This document shows, piece by piece, positions 18,651 to 28,394 of a DNA stretch of 39,673 bases. The stretch lies in contig JBBQEB010000013.1 of NCBI GenBank assembly GCA_038320275.1, forward strand, positions 1-39,673, written 5' to 3'. Each line of letters begins with the position of its first letter. The stretch's first letter is position 1. Made by a program: the position numbers and the translations under genes. Origin of the DNA: Myxococcales bacterium (GTDB lineage Bacteria; Myxococcota; Myxococcia; Myxococcales; Anaeromyxobacteraceae). The notes beneath the pieces were generated by a model. That model ran no database searches and had not been told where the DNA came from. It saw only the letters and a list, made by a program, of their open reading frames with translations.

Positions 18651-18870
18651 TGTAACAGCGGAGCCCACTTGATGTGAGCCCGTCGCGAGGCACACGATGC
18701 CGTCGACGAGCCGGGCACACGAGGAGGGAGCAGCGGAGGCGTACCTGCAAGGTACGTCGAGCAGCGGACCGACCGGGTACCCGTCCCGCGGCAGCGGGGT
18801 GGGTGTGCCCGGCGCAGGCAGGCAGCGTGCGCCGCAGCAGGGATCATATCAAGGGGTCTCCGCTATAACA
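18651..18870. mobile_element. MITE/REP-like element with 31-bp imperfect terminal inverted repeats
   Basis: 18651-18681 TGTAACAGCGGAGCCCACTTGATGTGAGCCC vs reverse complement of 18840-18870 TGTTATAGCGGAGACCCCTTGATATGATCCC (25/31); inner GCCGGGCACAC/GTGTGCCCGGC and CGTACC/GGTACG arms. Confidence 0.7.
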
Positions 18871-18911
18871 GCGGGCGGCGGAAGAGGCCGCGCGCCGATA
18901 AGAAAAGGCGC

Positions 18912-20357
18912 ATGGAGACTCTCACTGCCAGCGGGCAGGGCGTCGGCTACTTCGCGCGTTTCGGCATCACCGAGGCCATGATCGCCGCGACCCTCTCGGC
19001 CGCCCTGTCGCGAGGCGGCGACCACGCCGACGTCTTCTTCCAGCACCGCGTCACGAACGACCTCGCGCTGGAGGACGGCGAGGTGAACCGCGCCTTCGCC
19101 TCGGTGGAGCTCGGAGTCGGCGTGCGCGTCGTCCGCGGTGACCAGACCGGCTACGGGTACACCGAGGACGTCTCCCTCGCGGCGCTGAAGGAGTGCGCTC
19201 GCACCGCCGCCACCATCGCCGACGGCCCGTCGCGGGAGGGGCCGCAGCGCTTCCACGTCGGGGTCAAGCTCCCTCAGCGTTATCCACTGCGAGTGCCCTG
19301 GGGGGAGGTGCGCCCGTCGCAGAAGCTGCCGCTCCTCGCCAGCCTCAACGAGCGCGTCTTCGCCGCCGACGGCCGGGTGAAGAAGGTCAACGTCCACTTC
19401 CGGGACGAGTCTGGCGCGATGCTCGTCGCGGACAGCTCGGGGCGGCTCGTCGAGGACCTCCAGCCCATGACCCTGCTCTTCGTGTCCTGCGTGGCCGAGC
19501 AGGATGGCCGGCGCGAGAACGGCGGGTACAACGTCGCCGGGCGCGCGGGCTTCGAGCTCTACACGCCGGAGCGGCTCGACCGCATCGTGCGCGAGGCGGT
19601 GGCGCGCACCACCGTGCTCTTCGAGGCAACGACGCCCCCCGCCGGCGAGATGCCGGTGGTGCTGGCGGCGGGCTCGTCCGGCATCCTCCTCCACGAGGCC
19701 ATCGGACACGGCATGGAGGCCGACTTCAACCGCAAGAACGTCTCCATCTACGCCGACAAGGTGGGGAAGCGCATTGCCATGCCCTTCGTGAACATCGTCG
19801 ATGACGCCACCAACGAGGGCGCGCGGGGCGCCATCAACGTGGACGACGAGGGCAACGAGGCGGGGCGGACGCAGCTCGTCGAGAATGGCGTCCTCGCCAC
19901 CTATCTGCACGACGCCATCAGCGCGCGGCACTTCGGCGTGCGGCCCACCGGAAACGGGCGGCGCGAGAGCTACCAGCACGCCCCCCTGCCGCGCATGCGG
20001 GCGACCTACATGCTCCCCGGGCCGCACAAGAAGGACGAGATCATCGCCAGCGTGAAGAAGGGCATCTACTGCCAGAACTTCACCAACGGTCAGGTCAACA
20101 TCGGCGCCGGCGACTTCACCTTCTACGTGAAGAACGGCTACCTCATCGAGGACGGCAAGCTCACCCGGCCGATCAAAGACGTGAACATCATCGGCAACGG
20201 TCCCAAGGTGCTGGAGCAGGTGGACATGGTCTCCGACGACCTCGAGATCGACGAGGGAGGCTGGACCTGCGGAAAGGACGGCCAGAGCGTGCCGGTGTCG
20301 CAGGGGCTGCCCACGGTCCGGGTGGCGAAGCTCACCGTCGGGGGGCGCGGCTCGTGA
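18912..20357 (+). CDS. tldD: TldD metalloprotease subunit
   Basis: LLHEAIGHGMEADFNRK, DDEGNEA, GNGRRESY...PRM, WTCGKDGQSVPVSQGLPT. Confidence 0.95.
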   Translation: METLTASGQGVGYFARFGITEAMIAATLSAALSRGGDHADVFFQHRVTNDLALEDGEVNRAFASVELGVGVRVVRGDQTGYGYTEDVSLAALKECARTAATIADGPSREGPQRFHVGVKLPQRYPLRVPWGEVRPSQKLPLLASLNERVFAADGRVKKVNVHFRDESGAMLVADSSGRLVEDLQPMTLLFVSCVAEQDGRRENGGYNVAGRAGFELYTPERLDRIVREAVARTTVLFEATTPPAGEMPVVLAAGSSGILLHEAIGHGMEADFNRKNVSIYADKVGKRIAMPFVNIVDDATNEGARGAINVDDEGNEAGRTQLVENGVLATYLHDAISARHFGVRPTGNGRRESYQHAPLPRMRATYMLPGPHKKDEIIASVKKGIYCQNFTNGQVNIGAGDFTFYVKNGYLIEDGKLTRPIKDVNIIGNGPKVLEQVDMVSDDLEIDEGGWTCGKDGQSVPVSQGLPTVRVAKLTVGGRGS

Positions 20358-21691
20358 GCGGCGCGGGAGGCGAGAGCCTGCTCGACACCACCCAGCGCGC
20401 GGTGTCCACCGCGCTCGCCAAGGGCGCGGCGGAGGTGGCGGCGGGCGCGTACCGCGTGCGGCAGGTGGAGGTGCAGTGGCGCGACGGCTCGCTGGAGCGG
20501 GTGAGCGAGGCCACCACCCGCGGGCTCGGCCTGGAGCTGTACGTGGACGGACGGTACGGGGCGGTGTCCACCTCCGACCTGCGCCCCGAGGCGGTGGAGC
20601 GGTTCATCGAGGACGCCATCGCCATGACGCGCGCCATCGCGCCCGATCCGCACCGGGCGCTCCCCGACCCGAAGCTCTACGAGGGGCGCGCCGACGTCGA
20701 CCTGCAGCTCGAGGACGCGAGCTACGGCTCGCTCCAGCCGTCCACCCGGCGTCGGCTCGCGGAGGAGCTGGAGGCCGCGGCGCGCGCGGTGCCGGGCTCG
20801 GAGCACATCCTCTCCGTCACCACCGGGTTCGGTGACACGCTGGCCGAGGGGTGCCGGGTGCACTCGAACGGCTTCGAGGGCGTGCGCCGCGCCACCGACT
20901 TCGGGATGAGCGTGCAGGTCTCGGTGAAGGACGCCGACGGCCGCCGGCCGGAGGACTGGGACGCCGCCACCGCCCGCTTCTTCGCGGAGCTGCCACCGCC
21001 GGCACAGGTGGGCCGCCGCGCGTCGGAGCGCGCCCTGGCGCGGCTGGGATCCACCAAGGGTGAATCCGCAGTGCTCACCATGGTGGTCGAGAACCGCTCC
21101 GCGGGCCGGCTCCTGGGGTTCTTGCTCGGCCCCATGTCCGCGGCGGCGCTGCAGCAGAAACGCTCCTTCCTGGAGGGCAAGAAGGGCGAGCGCATCGGCA
21201 GCGAGCGGCTCGACGTGACGGACGACCCGTTCATCCCCCGCGGCTTCGGCTCGCGCCTCGCCGACGCGGAGGGGATGGCCGCGAAGCGCCTGCCCCTCTT
21301 CGAGGCGGGGGTCCTGCGGAACTACTTCATCGACAACTACTACGGCCGGAAGCTCGGCCTGCCTCCCACCACGCGAGGCATGTCGAACCTGGCGTGGAAG
21401 CTGGGGGGGGACGGCGAGGACGCGATCCTGGCGCGCGCCGGCGAAGGGATCCTCGTCACCGGGTTCCTGGGCGGGAACTCGAACTCCACCACGGGTGACT
21501 TCTCGGTCGGGGCGCAGGGCTTCCGCATCCGCGGGGGCAAGCGTGCCGAGCCGGTGAGCGAGATGAACGTGTCCGGCAACAGCCTGGAGCTCTGGCCGCG
21601 GCTGACGGAGGTGGGGAACGACCCCTACCGCTACTCGGCGGGGCGGGCGCCTACCTTGGCCTTCGAGGGAGTGCAGTTCGCGGGGACGTGA
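20354..21691 (+). CDS. pmbA: TldE/PmbA subunit
   Basis: Coupled to tldD; KRSFL, DDPFIPRGFGSRLADAEG, GGNSNSTTGDFS; no HEXXH. Confidence 0.9.
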   Translation: MSGAGGESLLDTTQRAVSTALAKGAAEVAAGAYRVRQVEVQWRDGSLERVSEATTRGLGLELYVDGRYGAVSTSDLRPEAVERFIEDAIAMTRAIAPDPHRALPDPKLYEGRADVDLQLEDASYGSLQPSTRRRLAEELEAAARAVPGSEHILSVTTGFGDTLAEGCRVHSNGFEGVRRATDFGMSVQVSVKDADGRRPEDWDAATARFFAELPPPAQVGRRASERALARLGSTKGESAVLTMVVENRSAGRLLGFLLGPMSAAALQQKRSFLEGKKGERIGSERLDVTDDPFIPRGFGSRLADAEGMAAKRLPLFEAGVLRNYFIDNYYGRKLGLPPTTRGMSNLAWKLGGDGEDAILARAGEGILVTGFLGGNSNSTTGDFSVGAQGFRIRGGKRAEPVSEMNVSGNSLELWPRLTEVGNDPYRYSAGRAPTLAFEGVQFAGT

Positions 21692-22331
21692 GCTCGGCCT
21701 CGCCGAGCAGCCACCGCAGCGCCTCGCTCGCCTCGCGCTGCAGAGCATCCAGGTTCTCGGTGAAGAGGTGCGTCGCGCCGGGCACCACCGCGAGCCGCCG
21801 CGGAGCGAGCGCTCCGCGGAGCGCCTCCTCCACCGCCGCGGGCAGGCCGAACGGGTCCCGCTCCGCCTGCACCACCGCCACCGGCTTCGGGCAGGTGCGC
21901 GCGGCGGTGGTGGCGACCTCGCGCAGGGAGAGTGCCAGCCCTGCCGCGAGCACGCCCCGCACCCCCGCGTCGGGGCAGCCCGCCTCGAGCGCCATCCACG
22001 ACCCGAAGGAGAACCCGCAGGCGACCCGCGGCAGCTCCGGGTCATGCGCAGCGAGCCAGGCCAGCCCTGCGGCGGCGTCCTCCCGCTCGCCGCGCCCCCC
22101 GTCGTGGACCCCCGCCGAGAGCCCCACCCCGCGGAACTGGAAGCGCAGCACCGCCCCTCCCAGCGCGCGGGCCGCTTTGGCGATCCGGTACGTCGCGTGA
22201 TTGTGCATCGTCCCGCCGAAGAGCGGGTGAGGGTGGCAGACCAGGGCGGCGAAGCGCGGCGCGGCGCCATCGAGCGGACCTTCGTGGAGCGCCTCCAGCC
22301 TTCCTGCCGGGCCGCGGAGCTCGACCTGCAC
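21651..22331 (-). CDS. Alpha/beta hydrolase (COG2945-like)
   Basis: GPAGRLEA, CHPHPLFGGTMHN, FRGVGLSAG, GFSFGS, GATHLF. Confidence 0.9.
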   Translation of the reverse strand: MQVELRGPAGRLEALHEGPLDGAAPRFAALVCHPHPLFGGTMHNHATYRIAKAARALGGAVLRFQFRGVGLSAGVHDGGRGEREDAAAGLAWLAAHDPELPRVACGFSFGSWMALEAGCPDAGVRGVLAAGLALSLREVATTAARTCPKPVAVVQAERDPFGLPAAVEEALRGALAPRRLAVVPGATHLFTENLDALQREASEALRWLLGEAELTSPRTALPRRPR

Positions 22332-22355
22332 CGGATCGGTCTCCCCGTCAGCGCG

Positions 22356-23018
22356 TCAGGCCGCGCCGACCAGGTTCTGGAGCAGCGCGAGGCCGTCGGT
22401 GGAGCCCAGGATGGCTTCGCTCGCCCGCTCCGGGTGCGGCATGAGCCCCACCACGTTCATGCGCGGGCCGCCGCCGATGCCGGCGATGTCGTGCGCCGAG
22501 CCGTTGGGCGCCCCGCCCACGTACCGGAAGAGGACGCGTCCCTCCTCCTCCAGCCGCTCCAGCGTGTCGGCGTCTGCGTAGTAGTTGCCGTCCGCGTGGG
22601 CGATGGGGAGCCGCAGCTTGCGGCCGCGGAGCCCCGCCGTCACGGGCGTCTTTCCACCCGTCACCTCCACCGTGACGTCCTGGCAGATGAACTGGAGGGA
22701 GGCGTTGCGGAGGAGGGCGCCGGGCAGGAGGCCCGACTCGCAGAGGATCTGGAAGCCGTTGCAGATTCCGAGCACGGGCCCGCCGGCGCCGGCGAAGCCC
22801 ACCACGTCCTCCATCACGGGCGAGAAGCGCGCCAGCGCGCCCGGCCGCAGGTAGTCGCCGTAGCTGAAACCTCCCGGCAGCACCACCGCGTCGAGCCCCG
22901 CCGGCAGGCGGTCCTTGTGCCACACGTACCGCGCGTCCGCGCCGAGCACGTGCTTCAGCACGTGGTACACGTCGTGGTCGCAGTTGGAGCCGGGAAAGGT
23001 GACGATTCCGATGTGCAT
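22356..23018 (-). CDS. purQ: Phosphoribosylformylglycinamidine synthase glutaminase subunit
   Basis: [33 protein letters not shown]. Confidence 0.98.
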   Translation of the reverse strand: MHIGIVTFPGSNCDHDVYHVLKHVLGADARYVWHKDRLPAGLDAVVLPGGFSYGDYLRPGALARFSPVMEDVVGFAGAGGPVLGICNGFQILCESGLLPGALLRNASLQFICQDVTVEVTGGKTPVTAGLRGRKLRLPIAHADGNYYADADTLERLEEEGRVLFRYVGGAPNGSAHDIAGIGGGPRMNVVGLMPHPERASEAILGSTDGLALLQNLVGAA

Positions 23019-23024
23019 GCGCGC

Positions 23025-23270
23025 CTACGCGTCGAAGCGGTAGTCCTCGATGACCGTGTTCGCGAGGAGCTTGCGGCACATGGCGTCCAGCCGCTCGCGG
23101 CCTACGACGGGGTCCTCGCCGTCGCGCAGGGTGAGCTCGATGAGCTTGCCGAGCCGGACGTCCTCCACCTCGCCGAAGCCCAGCGAGCGCAGCGCGCGCC
23201 CCACCGCGCTTCCCTGCGGGTCGAGCACGCCGCGCTTCGGGGTCACGTAGACGCGCACCGTCTTCGCCAT
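23025..23270 (-). CDS. purS: Phosphoribosylformylglycinamidine synthase subunit PurS
   Basis: VLDPQG, VRLGKLIEL, MCRKLLANTVIEDY. Confidence 0.97.
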   Translation of the reverse strand: MAKTVRVYVTPKRGVLDPQGSAVGRALRSLGFGEVEDVRLGKLIELTLRDGEDPVVGRERLDAMCRKLLANTVIEDYRFDA

Positions 23271-23304
23271 GGGAGCCCCGTGTACTGCCGTGCACGGGCC
23301 CGCG

Positions 23305-24591
23305 CTACCCCGCCCGCATCTCCGCCAGGGTGGCCCGAAGCGCCTCCCGCAGGCGCAGCCGAGGCCCGTGCCGAGCCACCTCCGCGGCGGCCAGGATGAC
23401 GTACGCCCAGGCTACGGCGAGGTGGCACTGGATGGGCGGGAGGTCGAGCCCGGTGCCCGGCGTGCCGATGCGGGGCACGTCGATGGGGCCCTTGTAGACG
23501 AACTGCAGCCCGAAGAGCCCCACCATCACGAGGGCGTTGGAACGGGTGAAGCGGAACTTCAGCAGACAGGCGACGCCGTACAGGGTGGTGGCGAAGGAGA
23601 GGAAGATCTCGGTCTTGTGCAGCGGGTCGAGGGGAATGGCCTGCACGTGACCGGCCGAGAGCGCGTAGGCGATGGGGATCATGGCGACGAGCGCGGTGAA
23701 CTGGTTCACCGTCGAGCTCACCATGTTGAGGAGCGCCATGGGCGCGAGCTTCACAGTCCGTGACCAGTAGACCGCGGTGACCTTTTCCGGGAACTCGGTG
23801 AGGAAGGGCGCCACCCATTGCACGAACGCGAACTGCGACACGCCCACGGCGATCGCGACGTGCTCCATGGCCTCGAGGAAGGGCTCCGCCACCGCCCACA
23901 TGACGGCGCCGCCGAGCGCGAAGAGCGCGCCGAGGACGACGTAGCGGGCGCGGGCCGGCTCGACCTCCACCAGCAGGCGAGGCGGCGCGAGTAGCTCGTC
24001 CTTGCCCTCATCCTTCTCGGCGGGGAGCCGGTTGAGCGTCCAGAGGTAGAGCACGAACGCGCCGCCCAGGACCGCCGAGTCGACGACCGAGAGCGTCCCT
24101 TTCCAGATCACGACGAGGTACCAGCTCGAGGCGAGGAGGAGCGCGGTCACCTCGATGACGTTTTCACGCCGGAGCTTGATGGCCTCCAGCGGACGCCCGT
24201 ACTTGCGCCGGTGGTACACGTCGGTGACGAAGAAGATGAGCGGCCAGCCCAGGCCGGTGAGCAGCCGGTTGGAGCCGGTGGCGTTCGCGAAGACGAGGTC
24301 GAGGCGGCCGCTCTGGCCGGCCTGCCAGGCGATGACCGCCTCCACCATGAACTCGGGAACGACCTGCAAGAGCGCGATGAGCGCGACCGCCAGCCCCTGC
24401 GAGAGGAAGAACTGCGCCGCCTCGGCGCCCCACGAGATGAGCAGCGCCGCAGCGATCACCGCGCCGAAGCAGAGCGCGGCCGCGGGGGCGGGTCCGAACG
24501 GGACCGCGCGAACGGCGAAGGCGGCGGCCCCGGCGAAGAGCGCCAGGCCCACCAGCAGGGCCACGACGGCGGGTTGGCGGGGAGTCGGCAC
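23305..24591 (-). CDS. Sodium:calcium (CaCA family) antiporter
   Basis: Two alpha-repeat-like motifs (LLQVVPEFMVE...ANATGSNRLL; APFLTEFPE...NMVSSTVNQ), many TMs; GTG start inferred. Confidence 0.85.
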   Translation of the reverse strand: MPTPRQPAVVALLVGLALFAGAAAFAVRAVPFGPAPAAALCFGAVIAAALLISWGAEAAQFFLSQGLAVALIALLQVVPEFMVEAVIAWQAGQSGRLDLVFANATGSNRLLTGLGWPLIFFVTDVYHRRKYGRPLEAIKLRRENVIEVTALLLASSWYLVVIWKGTLSVVDSAVLGGAFVLYLWTLNRLPAEKDEGKDELLAPPRLLVEVEPARARYVVLGALFALGGAVMWAVAEPFLEAMEHVAIAVGVSQFAFVQWVAPFLTEFPEKVTAVYWSRTVKLAPMALLNMVSSTVNQFTALVAMIPIAYALSAGHVQAIPLDPLHKTEIFLSFATTLYGVACLLKFRFTRSNALVMVGLFGLQFVYKGPIDVPRIGTPGTGLDLPPIQCHLAVAWAYVILAAAEVARHGPRLRLREALRATLAEMRAG

Positions 24592-24668
24592 GCGGTGCGA
24601 CGTAGCGCGAAGGGGTTGCCCACGCCACGCAACGCCAGCGCGGCGGAGCGTGGTAGCGTCCGGAAGCG

Positions 24669-25958
24669 ATGGACGGAGCTCTCCCCTCGGCGGTGCTCCT
24701 CTCGGCGCTGGCGCTCGCGCTGCTCCTCCTGCGCGGGGCGGGGTGCGGGCTCGAGGCTGCGCTGGCGGCGAGCGGCCTCGCGTGGGCGAAGGAGCTCGCC
24801 CGCTCGGGCAAGGCGCCGCGCCGATCCCGCGCGCTCCTGGCGTTGCTGGAGGACGCCGAGCGCACGGCGGCGGCCCTGCGCGCCCTCGAGGTGTTGACCG
24901 CAGTGCTGGCCGGCTTCGCCGCCGGAGCGGCCGGCATGCGCGGCCTGGAGCGCGCTCCGGCGGTGGGCGCATGGCTGGGACTCGTGCTCTGTGCCTTCAT
25001 CGCGCTCGCGCTGGCGGCGGCGGGCCGCGGGGTGGGCGTGCGGCACGCCGGACCGGTGGCCCTGGCGCTGGCGCGCTCCGCCCGGCGGCTGGCGCAAGCG
25101 CTGGTGCCGCTGGCGGGAGCCGCCGGGAGCACTGCCCGAGCCCTGGGCGTGAGCGCCGCGGGCTTCGCGCCTCCCCGGCCCCCGCTGGAGGAGCTGGAGC
25201 GCGCGCTCTCCGAGTACGCCCGCGACGAGGGCAACGCCAGCGACCAGTCGACGAGCGAGCTCATCCAGGCGGTGTTCGACTTCCGCGACAAGGTCGCTCG
25301 CGACGTGATGGTGCCTCGGACGGAGGTGGTGGCCATCGACATCGAGACCCCCGTCCCCGAGATCCTGCAGCTCCTGGCGGAGGAGGGCCACTCGCGGCTG
25401 CCCGTCTATCGCGAGAGCCTCGACAAGGTGGTCGGCACGCTCCACGCGCGCGACCTCGTCCCGATGCTCGCGCACCCCGAGCTCATCGTGCTGCGCGACC
25501 TCATCCGGCCGCCGCACTTCGTGCCGTGGTCGAAGCGGGTGGACCAGCTTCTGCGCGAGATGCAGCGCCGCCACATCCACATGGCGGTGGTGGTGGACGA
25601 GCACGGCGGCGTGATGGGGATCTGCACGCTGGAGGACGTCCTGGAGCAGATCGTGGGCGAGCTCGGCGACGAGTTCGAGGTGGAGGACGGCAAGAGCGTC
25701 GAGGGCCATCCGGACGGCACGTTCACGGTGCGTGCCGACGCTGAGGTGGCGGAGTTCAACCGGGTGACGGGAGCCGGCCTGCCGGAGGACGCCGCCTACG
25801 AGACGGTGGGTGGATTCCTCAACGCGCTCGCCGGCGCCATCCCGGTCTCGGGAGACCGCTTCTTTCACGGAGGGTGGCTCTTCACGGTGGCCGAGGCGAG
25901 CCCCCAGCGCGTCCTCAAGGTCCGGGCTGCGCGCGTGAAGCGGCCGGCGGGCGCGTGA
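24669..25958 (+). CDS. Hemolysin-family/CNNM protein (membrane domain, CBS pair, CorC domain)
   Basis: ARDVMVPRTEV, GHSRLPVY, AVVVDEHGGVMGICTLEDVLEQIVGE, YETVGG. Confidence 0.93.
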   Translation: MDGALPSAVLLSALALALLLLRGAGCGLEAALAASGLAWAKELARSGKAPRRSRALLALLEDAERTAAALRALEVLTAVLAGFAAGAAGMRGLERAPAVGAWLGLVLCAFIALALAAAGRGVGVRHAGPVALALARSARRLAQALVPLAGAAGSTARALGVSAAGFAPPRPPLEELERALSEYARDEGNASDQSTSELIQAVFDFRDKVARDVMVPRTEVVAIDIETPVPEILQLLAEEGHSRLPVYRESLDKVVGTLHARDLVPMLAHPELIVLRDLIRPPHFVPWSKRVDQLLREMQRRHIHMAVVVDEHGGVMGICTLEDVLEQIVGELGDEFEVEDGKSVEGHPDGTFTVRADAEVAEFNRVTGAGLPEDAAYETVGGFLNALAGAIPVSGDRFFHGGWLFTVAEASPQRVLKVRAARVKRPAGA

Positions 25959-26004
25959 CCGTCTCCCCCGTGACTGCAGGCGAGCGCCGGGTTAGAAGCA
26001 CGGC

Positions 26005-26298
26005 ATGTACGCGATTGCCGTCGTGCGTTATCGGAGGAACCTGGAAGAGGTGCTCCAGGTCCAGGAGGAGCACCGGGCCTACCTGCGGGAGCAGAAGGCC
26101 AAGGGCGTGCTGCTGGCCTCGGGGCCGCTCGATCCCCGCTTCGGCGGCGCGCTGCTCTTCCGCCTGCCCGCCGATGCGGGGGAAGGGTTCCTCGACGCGC
26201 TGCGCGACGGCGACCCGTTCGTGAAGCGCGGCATCGCGCAGTGGGAGCTCCTCCGCTGGGCTCCGAACATCGGCGTCGAAGACCTCGACAAGCTGTAG
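26005..26298 (+). CDS. YciI family protein
   Basis: EHRAYL...GVLLASGP...GGALL...DPFVKRG. Confidence 0.88.
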   Translation: MYAIAVVRYRRNLEEVLQVQEEHRAYLREQKAKGVLLASGPLDPRFGGALLFRLPADAGEGFLDALRDGDPFVKRGIAQWELLRWAPNIGVEDLDKL

Positions 26299-26325
26299 GC
26301 CGCGGCTACCAGACGGGAGGATCTC

Positions 26326-26586
26326 TTGGGCGACGGGCACGACCTGCGCGTGGGCATGCGCGTGAAGGACCTGGACGGCAAGGCGCTCGGCAAGGTGAGC
26401 CGCCGGGACGCGCACGCGTTCGAGGTGGTGCGCGGCTTCTTCGGACCCCGCGAGTGGGTGGTGCGCTACGACGAGATCGTCGAGGTGAAGGACGGGATCG
26501 TCACCATCGCGCGAAGCGACGAGGCGCTCTTCGAGCTCGCGGCGGGCCGCCTGCCCGCCACCTGGCGCCGAACCCTCCCGCAGTGA
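26326..26586 (+). CDS. PRC-barrel/DUF2171-like small protein
   Basis: VGMRVKDLDGKALGKV...FEVVRGFFGPREWVVRYDEI. Confidence 0.75.
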   Translation: MGDGHDLRVGMRVKDLDGKALGKVSRRDAHAFEVVRGFFGPREWVVRYDEIVEVKDGIVTIARSDEALFELAAGRLPATWRRTLPQ

Positions 26587-26707
26587 GCGGCGCGCTGCGA
26601 AGCGCCCGCTTCGTCCCCTCCCGGAAGGCTCTCACCGCGGTCGACCGCCGAGCGGGCGGGCCGCGAGACGTCGCGTGCACAGCTTTCCAAGCAAGGAGGG
26701 TCAATCC

Positions 26708-27133
26708 ATGACCAACGATCGACGGGGCGTGCAGGGCGGGATGACGGTGTACAGCCAGGACGGCGAGAAGCTCGGCACGGTGCAGGTGTGTGAGGACCGC
26801 TCCTTCGTCATCGAGAAGGGCTTCTTCTTCCCCAAGGATTACGTGGCCATGTACTCGGACGTGGCCGAGATCCGCGACGGCGCGGTGTGGCTCGCCCGCG
26901 GCCGCGAGTCGCTCACCGAGGGAAACACGCTGACGGAGGCGACGTCCGCGACGTCCACCACCGCGATCGCGCCGGGCCGCGGCGCGGGGCTCGGCGACAC
27001 CTTCGCCGCCAGCCCCGAGGAGATGCGCATGGGCGACGACCGCTCCATCACCTCGCGGGCGGACGCCGTCACCGGGGGTGGACAGGGGCCCGCCAGCGAA
27101 GGACCCGCCTACAGAGGGGGGGCCGCGCGGTGA
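26708..27133 (+). CDS. PRC-barrel/DUF2171-like protein
   Basis: AAGGAGG RBS; GMTVYSQDGEKLGTV...IEKGFFFPKDYV. Confidence 0.8.
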   Translation: MTNDRRGVQGGMTVYSQDGEKLGTVQVCEDRSFVIEKGFFFPKDYVAMYSDVAEIRDGAVWLARGRESLTEGNTLTEATSATSTTAIAPGRGAGLGDTFAASPEEMRMGDDRSITSRADAVTGGGQGPASEGPAYRGGAAR

Positions 27134-27405
27134 GCCAGACCACCTCAACGACCGATCCCGCGGCACCGTACCACCCGATGAAGGTGCCGCAGGGTGGCCT
27201 CGCCCCGCCGGCCTCGCCCGCAGGTGCAGAGGGCGGTGGCGCTCCCCAGGGCGACTCCAGCCTGGGAAGCGTCCCGGAGCCTGACACGTCCGGCTCCGGC
27301 GAGAGCGCTGGGAAGAAGGTCGAGCAGGAGCGGGGCGACCACGAGAACGAGGCGGGAAACGTTCCCCGCGAAGAGCCAGGAACCGGCTCCGCCGGCCATC
27401 CGTAG
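27130..27405 (+). CDS. Small hydrophilic hypothetical protein
   Basis: GTGA overlap with the upstream stop; MSQTTSTTDPAAPYHPMKVPQGG... Confidence 0.6.
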   Translation: MSQTTSTTDPAAPYHPMKVPQGGLAPPASPAGAEGGGAPQGDSSLGSVPEPDTSGSGESAGKKVEQERGDHENEAGNVPREEPGTGSAGHP

Positions 27406-27423
27406 GAGCGAGGGGAAACGGAC

Positions 27424-27453
27424 GCGGGGCCGGGACGTCGAACCCGGCCCCGC
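27424..27453. terminator. Hairpin between convergent genes
   Basis: GCGGGGCCGGG...CCCGGCCCCGC perfect 11-bp stem. Confidence 0.5.
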
Positions 27454-27487
27454 GGTCATGTCTGGATGCCCGAAGCCGCCGCGCGCG

Positions 27488-27934
27488 TCAGCGGCGGTGC
27501 TCCCAGCGTGGCGCGGTTCCGCGGTACGAGGCCAGCTCCGCATAGCGGTGGTCGAGCTCGGCGCGGCGCGCGGCGTACTGGCTCTCGAACCGGTCGCGGC
27601 GCCAGGGGTTTCCGTTCCAGGTCGCGTAGAAGCGGGCCCGGCTTGCGTCGAGGCGCGCGTACTCGCCGCGCAGGTCGCGGTAGGCAACGCGGGCATACGG
27701 ACCGGCGGCGTACGCCGGGGCATTCCAGGGCGGGGCGGGGACCACCCTCGAGACCGCGGCGGGCGGCGCGTAGGCGGGTGCGGGCTGGGCGTAGGGAGCG
27801 GCGGGCGCGTAGGGCGCCGGGGGGCCGCCGCGGTCGCCGTGCTCCCAGCGGTCAGAATCGGCCCGGGCGGGCAGGGCGGCGGCGACGGCGAGGGCTGCGG
27901 TGACGACGAGAGCGGCGCGAGTGATGGGGTGCAT
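27488..27934 (-). CDS. Exported Pro/Ala/Tyr-rich hypothetical protein
   Basis: GGAGG RBS; signal peptide ending PARA; (P)YAPA repeats. Confidence 0.75.
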   Translation of the reverse strand: MHPITRAALVVTAALAVAAALPARADSDRWEHGDRGGPPAPYAPAAPYAQPAPAYAPPAAVSRVVPAPPWNAPAYAAGPYARVAYRDLRGEYARLDASRARFYATWNGNPWRRDRFESQYAARRAELDHRYAELASYRGTAPRWEHRR

Positions 27935-27994
27935 GGCTTCCTCCGTGGTGTTGTCTTCCTGGCTGCAGGAAGGACGGAGGACTGGGGCCGTTAT

Positions 27995-28348
27995 TCAGCG
28001 GCCTTCGGGTGGGGCGCCGCGCGGGAGCCGGTCGATCTTGCCCGCCACGATGAAGTCGTTCTCCGACAGCCCGCCGATGGCGTGCGTGGAGAGCGTCACG
28101 TCGACGAGGTTCCAGCCGTGCAGCGAGAAGTCCGGGTGGTGGCCTTCGGCCTCGGCGAGCGCGGCCATGGCGTTCACGAACCGCATCGCGCTCGCGAAGT
28201 CGGCGAAGCGGAAGTGGCGCCGGAGCGCCCCCCCTGCGCCGTCCAGGGACCAGCCGTCGAGCGTGGAGAGGAGCTCGCTCGCGCGCGCCAGCTCCATTTT
28301 CGGGACGCCGCCCTCGCACGGAACGCACCTCTTCGAGCTCCAGTCCAT
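27995..28348 (-). CDS. phhB: Pterin-4-alpha-carbinolamine dehydratase
   Basis: CVPCEGG, AEAEGHHPD, THAIGGLSENDFIVAGKID. Confidence 0.93.
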   Translation of the reverse strand: MDWSSKRCVPCEGGVPKMELARASELLSTLDGWSLDGAGGALRRHFRFADFASAMRFVNAMAALAEAEGHHPDFSLHGWNLVDVTLSTHAIGGLSENDFIVAGKIDRLPRGAPPEGR

Positions 28349-28394
28349 GGCGGTTCGCTAACAGGCGAGGGCGAGCGGCGCTATCTTGCGCGGG

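Noticed and set aside
18912..21691. tldDE as part of a RiPP/microcin cluster
   Set aside because: No precursor peptide, YcaO or exporter nearby; the upstream short ORFs lie inside the palindromic element.
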